Below are positions 27,803 through 36,307 of a stretch of DNA of 36,585 nt, in pieces. Source of the stretch: Candidatus Marsarchaeota archaeon (GTDB taxonomy: Archaea; Micrarchaeota; Micrarchaeia; Micrarchaeales; Micrarchaeaceae); contig JAMCZM010000016.1 in assembly GCA_023485645.1 (NCBI GenBank), positions 3,210 through 39,794 on the forward strand, written 5' to 3'. The translations under genes were made by a program, and so were the position numbers. Numbering within the stretch: the first letter of the stretch is position 1; the number at the start of each line of letters is the position of its first letter. A model generated the notes under the pieces. It worked only from the letters and a program-made list of their open reading frames with translations. It did no database searches and was not told the origin of the DNA.

Positions 27803-29317
27803 ATGACACTAATGAAATTTCAAAATATAATGAGCAATGAAATAGCAAAGAGAGTATTCGTTACGCGTCCGCCAGAACCTCCAGCAAATATACTAATTGG
27901 CGATCCTCTAAAATCTGTGTATATAGGAACTACAAAGATGTTTAAGGTTCCATTTACTTGGACATATGCCAATTTAACAAATCCCCATATAGCTATTGTC
28001 GGTATAACAGGATCAGGAAAGAGCTATTTTGTAAAGACATTTCTTGTTCGTGCAAATTATGTATGGGGTACAAGTGCGGTAATAGTTGATTGGGCAGGCG
28101 AGTATAAAGCATGGGTAAAGCAGAGTGGTGGCACTATTGTCTCTCTTGGAAAGGGCGCATACATAAATATAATGGATTTATCTGGAATGAAGCCGTTAGA
28201 TCGTGTTAAGCAGATAATGAACTCATTTGAGTTGTTGACTGATATATCAGACTTTCCTGAGCAGAAGAGGCTTACAGAGGAGGCGATAGAGCAGGCATAT
28301 ACCAATATGGGATTTAATGTATCCGAAAAGCCGCTCGCAGGAAAAGAGGCCCCAACGCTAAAGGATGTTATAACGCTGTTTCAGGAAAAATTGCAGGATG
28401 GCACGTATGAATATCCTGCAGAGCTTGAAAATGCTATATATAGGCTTAGGCAGTTCGCGCGTGAGGGTGAGGATTATTTTGCTAGGAAAAGCACTATAGA
28501 TCTAGGTCAGTTAGCATCTTCAGGTCTTGTAGATATAGATCTATCCGGTCTCCCAGACGAGCGTTTCAGGGCTCTAGCCGCTCTTTTCATATTACAAACA
28601 CTAAAAGAGAAAATGCGTTTTGAGGGATGGAGCGAATCCAAAGGGCTAAAGACTATCGTTGTGCTTGATGAGGCATGGAAGGTGGCTAGCGATAATAGAA
28701 GCGATGCAATAACAATAGTTAGGGAAGGAAGAAAATATCAGTTTGGATTAATTGTTGCGTCTCAAAATCCTACCGATATAAACGAGGCAATATTCTCAAA
28801 TGTAGGCACAACATTTATATTAAGAATAAAATTTGAGAAGTTCATAAATTATATACAGGGTTCATTAAATTTTTCAGATTTTATAAGATCCGAAATAACC
28901 AAATTTGGTGTAGGGCAGGCTGCTGTAGAGATGGCATTTCAGACTGCAATACGCTTTCCAGAGACATTTATATTGGAAAAAATCTATGGGGAGGAGCCAC
29001 TTTCCGTATACAATATTGATCTAAATGGTATATTAACGCAAGCCGAAATAGCGGCAAACATAATATCTCGGGAGTACCAATTCGAGACAAATGAATTTAA
29101 GAACATACTAATAGAGTACAAGTTCTCTGCGGAAGATATTAATGCAATAATCGGAGAGTTTGATCAAAAGAGCAGGAATGTGGGCATAATAGATCTTCTT
29201 GTTCTATTTAGGCAATTTGGTATGAATAGCAACGATATGGTGCGCTTTTTAAAAGGGCTTGGCATTGATGATTCATTAATATCTAGAATAATAACAAGGG
29301 TGGGTAAGAATGGATGA
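27803..29317 (+). CDS. VirB4/CedB-like ATPase of the HerA/FtsK superfamily
   Basis: NPHIAIVGITGSGKS (Walker A), IVDWAGEY, VVLDEAW (Walker B), VREGRKYQFGLIVASQNP (Arg finger, SQ motif) and FGVGQA. Likely start is the ATG at 27803. Confidence 0.9.
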   Translation: MTLMKFQNIMSNEIAKRVFVTRPPEPPANILIGDPLKSVYIGTTKMFKVPFTWTYANLTNPHIAIVGITGSGKSYFVKTFLVRANYVWGTSAVIVDWAGEYKAWVKQSGGTIVSLGKGAYINIMDLSGMKPLDRVKQIMNSFELLTDISDFPEQKRLTEEAIEQAYTNMGFNVSEKPLAGKEAPTLKDVITLFQEKLQDGTYEYPAELENAIYRLRQFAREGEDYFARKSTIDLGQLASSGLVDIDLSGLPDERFRALAALFILQTLKEKMRFEGWSESKGLKTIVVLDEAWKVASDNRSDAITIVREGRKYQFGLIVASQNPTDINEAIFSNVGTTFILRIKFEKFINYIQGSLNFSDFIRSEITKFGVGQAAVEMAFQTAIRFPETFILEKIYGEEPLSVYNIDLNGILTQAEIAANIISREYQFETNEFKNILIEYKFSAEDINAIIGEFDQKSRNVGIIDLLVLFRQFGMNSNDMVRFLKGLGIDDSLISRIITRVGKNG

Positions 29318-29618
29318 TAGCAATACGTTTTCAATAAACAGGTTGGATCTAAGAAGAGTTTTGCTTAATCTGGGCCTATCTGAGAAGAATATTGCTAGTT
29401 TATTTTCAATGATGGAAAAAAGCCACAGACATATAAACGCGATAACGCTTGCGTCAACGCTTGAAAAGATGGGTATTAATCGTGATAGAATAAAAAATGT
29501 ATTCAGGCGCTTTGGCATGAGTGATATACGCATACATAGGATAATGAATCAAATAGACGAGCAGCGCATAATTAATGAGACTGGAAAATTGTACGAAGCA
29601 ACGCTGGACAATAGTTGA
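29310..29618 (+). CDS. Small helical protein homologous to the ATPase C-terminal domain
   Basis: Gapless 78-aa manual alignment to ATPase residues ~430-507 (ORF-track numbering). Overlaps the ATPase stop by 8 nt. Confidence 0.75.
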   Translation: MDDSNTFSINRLDLRRVLLNLGLSEKNIASLFSMMEKSHRHINAITLASTLEKMGINRDRIKNVFRRFGMSDIRIHRIMNQIDEQRIINETGKLYEATLDNS

Positions 29619-29623
29619 TTTAA

Positions 29624-30043
29624 ATGGGAAAAAATATTAATGAATCAAGATGTATAATGTGCGGAAAGGCAGTAGATGGCATTGATGTAAAAAATGATTA
29701 TGTAATAGATGCTATACGCTTTTTTAATAGAAAGATTTTGCATAAATACAGAAATTATAGGCTTGTGGTATGCAAGGACTGCTATATAAAATATAACAAG
29801 GGAAGAAAGGGGTTTGTTAAAAAACAGGCAGCATATATCGGAATAGGTATAATATTTGCGATATTTCTAATGATAGGTTCTGGCGGCAATCTGGTTGCGC
29901 TATTTTACGGGATAATTGTTATAATATTTATGTATGTGCTTTCACTTATTAGCTATCTACCAGCCCTAAAAATAAGCGATGCTAATAAACACATATCAAA
30001 GAATGAGATTATAAAGAAAAAGCAGAGGTTTAATAAATTTTAA
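29624..30043 (+). CDS. Zinc-finger (CxxC...CxxC) protein with two C-terminal TM helices
   Basis: CIMC and CKDC motifs, basic linker, two hydrophobic helices, basic tail. Confidence 0.75.
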   Translation: MGKNINESRCIMCGKAVDGIDVKNDYVIDAIRFFNRKILHKYRNYRLVVCKDCYIKYNKGRKGFVKKQAAYIGIGIIFAIFLMIGSGGNLVALFYGIIVIIFMYVLSLISYLPALKISDANKHISKNEIIKKKQRFNKF

Positions 30044-30063
30044 TTTGTCTTAATGTTGATGCT

Positions 30064-30795
30064 ATGTCTGATCAAAATATTGGCGTTATAGAGCCAAATG
30101 TTGACATGTTTTCATTTAGTGGCACAATGAAAGGAAGTTTCGACGATCTCTCTAGGCGGTTATCTACGCTGCAAAATTTCTCATTAAAAAAGATCCCAAA
30201 TGGAATAATGCTATATTATGTGGAGAGTAGGGACATACAAAAGAAGCCATTTCTATTTCAAATAATAAAATTTAGCAATAGCAATGTTGAGGTTGATTAT
30301 TCAATATTAAAAGATTCCAGCGAGAAGCTAAGAAAGCTGCATGTTTTAAGGGGTTTTATAGGAATTATATCGCTGATAACAGATATATTCATAATAGATA
30401 CTGTAAGTTTGTTTCAGTATATAGATTCTGCAATAGACGATACCGTATCATCATTGTCCAAGAACTATAGCGTGCTTTTCAACAATTATGATTCATTGCT
30501 TGCAGAGTACAGAGAGATGCGTCGCTTAAATGTTGAACTGAGCAGCTCAAATAAAAATTTGACCGTAGAATCTGCGAGGTTAAATACGGAAAACGAGCAG
30601 CTAAAGGGCAGGTTAAAAGAACTTGAAAACTATTCGGATGAGTCTTTAATGGTTATAGTACAGGATTGGATAGAGTCCCATGATAACACTATAGACATAA
30701 ATGAATTTTCCAAAACTTATAAAGTTGTGCAACCGCGTGTAGAGCAGATATTAAATAAGATGGTAACATCTGGCTATATAGAGGCTAAGGGCTGA
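30064..30795 (+). CDS. Cytoplasmic protein: N-terminal alpha/beta domain, coiled coil, C-terminal winged-helix-like domain
   Basis: Heptad region YDSLLAEY...LKGRLKELE. C-terminus IDINEFSKTYKV...VEQILNKMVTSGYI. Confidence 0.75.
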   Translation: MSDQNIGVIEPNVDMFSFSGTMKGSFDDLSRRLSTLQNFSLKKIPNGIMLYYVESRDIQKKPFLFQIIKFSNSNVEVDYSILKDSSEKLRKLHVLRGFIGIISLITDIFIIDTVSLFQYIDSAIDDTVSSLSKNYSVLFNNYDSLLAEYREMRRLNVELSSSNKNLTVESARLNTENEQLKGRLKELENYSDESLMVIVQDWIESHDNTIDINEFSKTYKVVQPRVEQILNKMVTSGYIEAKG

Positions 30796-30799
30796 GCTG

Positions 30800-30946
30800 A
30801 TGATATATAACATAAAAATAAAAAAGCACGCGCGGAATGTAAAAATATATACGATAGTTAAAAAAATAAATACAAAGAAAAATAATTTCGTTACGGCTAT
30901 TTTCATGAAAGCATTTTCAGGTAAGAAAAAAGATGGTGAGTATTGA
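30800..30946 (+). CDS. Possible 48-aa Lys-rich microprotein (absent from the ORF track)
   Basis: MIYNIKIKKHARNVKIYTIVKKINTKKNNFVTAIFMKAFSGKKKDGEY exactly fills the intergenic gap. Confidence 0.35.
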   Translation: MIYNIKIKKHARNVKIYTIVKKINTKKNNFVTAIFMKAFSGKKKDGEY

Positions 30947-33333
30947 GCATGGCTGGATTTGATATAAAAAAGCCAAAAAATATATTGATTATAGTCGCAG
31001 TGCTTGCAATAATAATAGTGTTTGCCTATCTGTCAATCTATATAAATAGCATTTTGAGTAGCATAACACATGGGGCTGCGCACTATACATACGGTCTTAA
31101 TGGCTATATCAACTATCATAATATACTTTTTTATAATCAGAGCAAATATCTTGTACCCTATTTTATTATCAATTATAATTATAAAAATGAATCTAACTTA
31201 TTTGTTAATGGATCAATATACTCCGAGCCAATACCCCGTAACATATATTTGTTAAATGCATCAAATGAATGTGTAAACTGTAATAATTTCAATACATTGC
31301 GAGCAGCACTTGCAAATGATCTTGTAAGTTATGGTGTGATAGGAAATGTGTCAAATCTTTTGCTTATAAGTCCAGACAATTTAACACAAATCCGCAATAA
31401 TTCAATATTAATTTCACCCACTGGATTTTTACCATCTCAATTATTTCAGAATGTTTCAGAAAATATGACCGTTTTCAAATTATTGATGGAGCGTGGTACT
31501 AGTTTAATTTATGTTGGCGGCGCGTTAAATTATATGGTACTACCTGGTAGCATACAGGTTATAAATAAGGAGCAGCCATACCAATTGGCTATGGGTGCAG
31601 AACCTTATAGAAATCAGAGCTTCTATAAGTCATTATTTAATAGCAGCATGGGGTATATGTTCTTTCAGAATGCCACATATGTATTAACAAGAGGAAATAA
31701 TTTCTGGCTTGCTGATTATATAAATATTTTAAATGGTTCATTTATAGCAATACCAAATTATCCAAATACGTGGAGCACAAATAATCTATCGCTTGCATTA
31801 TCAAAGGGAACATCAGAGCTCTTCTGGTTGCCAATATATAGCTCCGGACAATATCATATTTCAAACAAAAATGTCACCGGCGACGGAAAGCTTGGGCTGT
31901 TTTTAACTTCAACAAATTTGCGCTATAACGAGAGTCCAACTACGCTTCTAAATAATTCGTATGCGCGAATAGAACTATATACAGACAAAGCTTATTTGAT
32001 ACCTAATGGGAGCAAATACTATTACATTTATTATAATTCAAAATATATATTTAATGGGACAATATCTATGCCTGGATATGTCATACCTGAAAAGTTAAAT
32101 GGTATAAACATAACTATATTTACACACTCAAATATAACGCAGATTATACAGCCAAATATAAATATAAAAAATCAGAATGGTACAACGATATACTCCCATC
32201 CATTACCTTATATAAAATCCTCAGGCAATTTTTCATTCATACAAAATGAGATATTTAATTTATCTCCTGGCAACTATCAATTTTCAGTGGTAAGTTTTTC
32301 TGGATATAACTATGGTACTGCGCTGCTTTATGTGCCTCCAATTCAGATAACGCCGTTAAATATTAACTTTACAAATGGTACATTCTTATTATATCTAACA
32401 ATGAACCAGCAGCAATTGAATAATATAAATTATACAATAAATATGACTAATAATTACTCGCAATCTGGTAGAATAACCGATGGCCTCATATTCTATAAAC
32501 TGCCTCAGAATTACAAGGAGCCTTATGGGAATGTTTCATTTGATATAAATATGCTAGGCTCAAAGTTTCCGTTTAAAATCGACAATCCTGCAATAAACAT
32601 AAGTCTAACGTCCGGAGATCTTTATGTAATCATAGTAATAATTATTGTCATAATTTTGGTCGTATTCGTACGTGATCCAATACGTGATGACTTTTATGTT
32701 GACGTCCCATCAATACCAAAACAAAAGAGCATAAATGTTGTGATAAAAAGTAAGGATATAATAAATGCGTTCGATAGACTTAACGTATATTACCATTGGA
32801 AGTACATGCCTTTAAACATAGAGGAGATACGAACAGCAATAGCAAATAATATACGTGATAATAATGTGCCGCTATCGCTTACCTATCAGAATGTAGAACT
32901 TTTGGTGGAAGAATTAGAAAAATCTGGCAAGCTTATAGAATATGATAACCTATACGCTCCAATAGATTGGGTGCAGCGCTCTGGGCATGACATTGAATAT
33001 ATCGCCACGTTTAAAAAATTAAGATTATGGTTTGTTTCTCATGGTTATATAATAAATGAGATGGATACCAGCAGCGCAGCTGATATAATAGCGACCATAA
33101 AAGGAGAGAGAATATACGTTATTATTTATTCAAGCACAAGCAAATTCATAAATATGCCATTATACGAGAATGCGCAAACATATCTCGCATTTATAAATGG
33201 TGATAGGCTTAATGAATTCAACGAAAAAATATCTGGTATGGTGGACCTTAATATTCAGAGGCTGAAATTATATATAAGTTATGGAGAGATAAAGCTTATG
33301 GATGCAGATAAGCCTGAAAAGACCATAATCTAA
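30943..33333 (+). CDS. Large membrane protein: N-terminal TM, ~520-aa extracellular domain, second TM, ~220-aa cytoplasmic domain
   Basis: TM at the N-terminus and at ~32620-32670 (LYVIIVIIIVIILVVFV). Many sequons lie between them. GGTGAG RBS at 30935-30940; start is 30943 or 30949. Confidence 0.8.
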   Translation: MSMAGFDIKKPKNILIIVAVLAIIIVFAYLSIYINSILSSITHGAAHYTYGLNGYINYHNILFYNQSKYLVPYFIINYNYKNESNLFVNGSIYSEPIPRNIYLLNASNECVNCNNFNTLRAALANDLVSYGVIGNVSNLLLISPDNLTQIRNNSILISPTGFLPSQLFQNVSENMTVFKLLMERGTSLIYVGGALNYMVLPGSIQVINKEQPYQLAMGAEPYRNQSFYKSLFNSSMGYMFFQNATYVLTRGNNFWLADYINILNGSFIAIPNYPNTWSTNNLSLALSKGTSELFWLPIYSSGQYHISNKNVTGDGKLGLFLTSTNLRYNESPTTLLNNSYARIELYTDKAYLIPNGSKYYYIYYNSKYIFNGTISMPGYVIPEKLNGINITIFTHSNITQIIQPNINIKNQNGTTIYSHPLPYIKSSGNFSFIQNEIFNLSPGNYQFSVVSFSGYNYGTALLYVPPIQITPLNINFTNGTFLLYLTMNQQQLNNINYTINMTNNYSQSGRITDGLIFYKLPQNYKEPYGNVSFDINMLGSKFPFKIDNPAINISLTSGDLYVIIVIIIVIILVVFVRDPIRDDFYVDVPSIPKQKSINVVIKSKDIINAFDRLNVYYHWKYMPLNIEEIRTAIANNIRDNNVPLSLTYQNVELLVEELEKSGKLIEYDNLYAPIDWVQRSGHDIEYIATFKKLRLWFVSHGYIINEMDTSSAADIIATIKGERIYVIIYSSTSKFINMPLYENAQTYLAFINGDRLNEFNEKISGMVDLNIQRLKLYISYGEIKLMDADKPEKTII

Positions 33334-34961
33334 TCAGCTGACTCTTTAAAATCTGTTTCCCTCTCAATATCCTCTTCAGTTGCATTTTGCGTTTTATTAT
33401 CATTTACATTACTTTCAAGCGAATAATGTTTAGCAACAATTTTTTCAAGTGTGCTGCGTATTTCGTCTGGTTTTTTACCAGTTAGTGAGGCAAGATCTTT
33501 TGATAATTGCCCAGTGTACCTCATTATTGTTTTGTATTTGTTTGCATACATACTTAATTTTTCTTTATTGTGTATAAAATGTTGCAATCCGCGTGCAGCA
33601 TCCATAACGGCAAGTTTTATTTCTTCTATAATCTCTTCCTCTTGCGACACAGATTCTTTTCCAACTCCAGAATATGGTATGTGAACAGAAGATATATTTA
33701 CGAAAACGCTAACGGGTTGCACATCCATGTCTATATTATATCGTTTCCATTGTATACTCCTAACAGCCTCCGTAATAGCACAATTTCCGCTGTCAAAGAG
33801 CAATGGGACCCTATTTGCAAATCTTAATATGTTACCTGTATAACCCTCCTCAAGCTGTTTTCCTGCGTTGCCCCCATATGCTATTGCAGCCTCTACAATA
33901 AAAGGAAAGCCACCTTTGAAAACCTTTGGCTTTCTTTCTATCACGTGCATAAATTCTGGGTTTAATATATTCTTTAAAGTCAATTCTATCTGTGCATGCC
34001 CTATAGGTATTATATGGGCTGTCTCGGGCGATATCCATTTCATTTTTTTAAATGCATCTACTATCATTTCCGATTCATTCCATTGCAGTTCTTTTGGCTT
34101 TTTTGAAATATTAATATTTGGCAACAGCTCCTTTAATTCATTTACTTTACCCTGGCTAAACCTTGAAAAATTATTAGATAGAAATGTAGATATCATATCC
34201 TCCTTTGAAGAATGTGCCTCCTCAAGCAGATCATTTACTGATAACCCTAAAGGATGTAATTTTGCAGCTTTTGGCTTTTCAGGGATTTTATCAACTGATC
34301 TAAGGAATGAGAACTCCTTTCCGTCCGGGTCTATAAATACTATTTGAGCATGTGGATTGGATAATGCGGTTCTCTTTAAATATTCTAAAACGCTATGATC
34401 GCTAGTGTCATATTTTACCATTGCAAATTCTCCTTCTATTGTAAGTCCGCGTGGAATATCCTTTAAATCAATTATATCGTTAATGATGGGTTTATTATGC
34501 ATTGTATCTATACCAATGCTACATGAAAATGCCCTGCCATTTTCCAATCCCGATATTGCACGAATAGGTTTGCCCGTTGTTGTTTGTGCGAAGAGCGTGC
34601 ACCCAGCCGCTCCAATGCCTTGCTGCCCTCTTTGTTGTACATTTCTGTGGAATTTTGTACCGGCAAGTATCATAGCAAGAGCTTTTCCGATAATTTGTTT
34701 TGGTATACCTGGCCCATTGTCTGATATTATAACAATATACTTATTATCCCCGGCCCTATTTAGTTTTACAGATATATTTGGTAGTATTTCAGCATCCTCA
34801 CATGCATCAAGAGAATTTGTAACATACTCGTGCACAACTGTTACAAGCGATTTTATCATACTTGAATATCCTAACATCTGCCTGTTCTTTTTGAAGAATT
34901 CCGATATCGAATGTTCTTTAAATTCTTTTACAATATTCTCTGAAGAATCCATACTAATCAA
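33330..34961 (-). CDS. top6B: DNA topoisomerase VI subunit B
   Basis: SISEFFKKNRQMLG, GHKL motifs HEYVTNSLDACE, DNGPGIP, GTKFH...RGQQGIG and RFANRVPLLFD, PYSGVGKE. Confidence 0.97.
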   Translation of the reverse strand: MISMDSSENIVKEFKEHSISEFFKKNRQMLGYSSMIKSLVTVVHEYVTNSLDACEDAEILPNISVKLNRAGDNKYIVIISDNGPGIPKQIIGKALAMILAGTKFHRNVQQRGQQGIGAAGCTLFAQTTTGKPIRAISGLENGRAFSCSIGIDTMHNKPIINDIIDLKDIPRGLTIEGEFAMVKYDTSDHSVLEYLKRTALSNPHAQIVFIDPDGKEFSFLRSVDKIPEKPKAAKLHPLGLSVNDLLEEAHSSKEDMISTFLSNNFSRFSQGKVNELKELLPNINISKKPKELQWNESEMIVDAFKKMKWISPETAHIIPIGHAQIELTLKNILNPEFMHVIERKPKVFKGGFPFIVEAAIAYGGNAGKQLEEGYTGNILRFANRVPLLFDSGNCAITEAVRSIQWKRYNIDMDVQPVSVFVNISSVHIPYSGVGKESVSQEEEIIEEIKLAVMDAARGLQHFIHNKEKLSMYANKYKTIMRYTGQLSKDLASLTGKKPDEIRSTLEKIVAKHYSLESNVNDNKTQNATEEDIERETDFKESAD

Positions 34962-34990
34962 CTAAAATACCACTTCATATCAAAAAGAAA

Positions 34991-35518
34991 CTATTTGAAT
35001 ATGTGTGTATAATCTTTGTGTTTTCTGTGGCTGGCCTCCATTCTCTGATATGCAAGCTTATGACTTCCACCCTCAACTAATGTTCTTACTGCTGTTTCGG
35101 CCTCATTTATTTGCTCGATCATGCCTATAAAGCCTATTGTGTGTCCATATATGCTTAAATGCGCTCCACTGACGCTTTCAATATATAATTTTGTTCTTCC
35201 GTTTTCTCCAATAACTCTTGATTTTATCTGCTGCAATCTACTGCTATTACCAAATATCTGCCTTAAATCTATATATGAAAAATAATAATCATCACTGAGT
35301 AAAAGCAGAGCAATTTGCACGTCAAAACCCCTGCCAAAAGCCGTAATTATATTTGCCGCAGAAAATTCCATAACTGCATCGTTAGATTCGATAGTGACAA
35401 AATCTTTAGTAGGGCTGATTTCTATTTTAGATTTTGTACGTTTTTCTATCGTACTTACTATCTCTGGCATTTCACGCATTCTTTTTATGCGCTGTGCATT
35501 AATGTATACTTCCTGCAT
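34991..35518 (-). CDS. KH-domain pre-rRNA processing protein (Dim2/PNO1/Krr1 family)
   Basis: AFGRGF, RVIGENGRTK..IE, SIYGHTIGFIG and LVEGGSHK.AY motifs. Typical archaeal position upstream of top6B. Confidence 0.9.
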   Translation of the reverse strand: MQEVYINAQRIKRMREMPEIVSTIEKRTKSKIEISPTKDFVTIESNDAVMEFSAANIITAFGRGFDVQIALLLLSDDYYFSYIDLRQIFGNSSRLQQIKSRVIGENGRTKLYIESVSGAHLSIYGHTIGFIGMIEQINEAETAVRTLVEGGSHKLAYQRMEASHRKHKDYTHIFK

Positions 35519-35647
35519 ATTTTCACTTTTTAATAGTTGTTTGATTTTTAATTTTGAATTAGTTCATATAGATTAATATCTATTTAAAAGTATTTTTAAA
35601 TTAAATGAATTGTAATTCCACTAATCCCTATATACTATAACGTAAAA

Positions 35648-35745
35648 TCAAAAGCTTTAAATAGCTATCTTATTATAATATTTATGATTCAATCATGATT
35701 CATTAAAAGACGAATCATGAACAAGACATGATAAATAAGTGATTG
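35648..35745 (+). promoter_or_regulatory. BRE/TATA promoter followed by an operator-like inverted repeat and phased ATGA motifs
   Basis: AAAAGC-TTTAAATA at ~35650-35663. TCATGATTC-N10-GAATCATGA at 35693-35720. Confidence 0.55.
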
Positions 35746-35752
35746 AGGTTGT

Positions 35753-36307
35753 TTGATGGCAACAAAAAAAATATTAGAAAAGGAGCTCTATGAAATAAAG
35801 ATGGAGCTAGAGAAACTTGCATCAAAGAACGTTAATAATATAGAACTGTTAAAAGAGAAGCATGCTGCGGAAGATACTAATTCCAATATGCTTGCATTAA
35901 TAAAGTTCATGATGGATGAGAATAAAAAAACAACTATGCTCATGAAGGGAATATCAGATACACTAACTCAGCTCACAAATGAGCTGAAGAGTGACCAATC
36001 TGGCGAGGCGACAGAACTTCAGGAGGGAACAGCAAAAGGCACCCGTGATATAAAGGAGCAGGTTACAGAGCTCCCGATATCTGGGCATGATGCAAAGATA
36101 ATAGAGTATATACAAGTAAAGGGAATGGCATGTGCAGATGACATAAAGCTGCATATGAATTATAAAGGGAGAAATGCTGCATGCGCACGTTTGAACAGTT
36201 TATACAAACGTGGCGTATTGCAAAGATATCAATTGGGCCATAAGGTCTATTATAAATTTGATGCTGGCAAGGCGACTAATACACTTATTATATACCCCCC
36301 GAATTAG
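35753..36307 (+). CDS. Coiled-coil plus C-terminal winged helix-turn-helix protein (putative DNA-binding regulator)
   Basis: N-terminal heptads. C-terminus ISGHDAKIIEYIQVKGMACADDIKLHMNYKGRNAACARLNSLYKRGVLQRYQLGHKVYY. GAGGT RBS at 35745-35749. Confidence 0.8.
   Translation: MMATKKILEKELYEIKMELEKLASKNVNNIELLKEKHAAEDTNSNMLALIKFMMDENKKTTMLMKGISDTLTQLTNELKSDQSGEATELQEGTAKGTRDIKEQVTELPISGHDAKIIEYIQVKGMACADDIKLHMNYKGRNAACARLNSLYKRGVLQRYQLGHKVYYKFDAGKATNTLIIYPPN

Noticed and set aside
27803..29317. HerA of the HerA-NurA repair system or a HerA-based defence system
   Set aside because: No N-terminal HAS barrel is evident and there is no nurA, mre11, rad50 or Sir2 neighbour. The context is pilin plus membrane proteins.
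17175..33333. Integrated conjugative plasmid, ICE or provirus
   Set aside because: No integrase, relaxase, replication or capsid genes, tRNA target or flanking direct repeats were seen. Composition resembles the flanks and the stop overlaps top6B.
455..36154. Numerous short antisense or alternate-frame ORFs in the track (e.g. 3644-4060, 9283-9759, 22103-22591, 34405-34965)
   Set aside because: They are nested in well-supported genes and have no recognisable motifs; they are treated as shadow ORFs.
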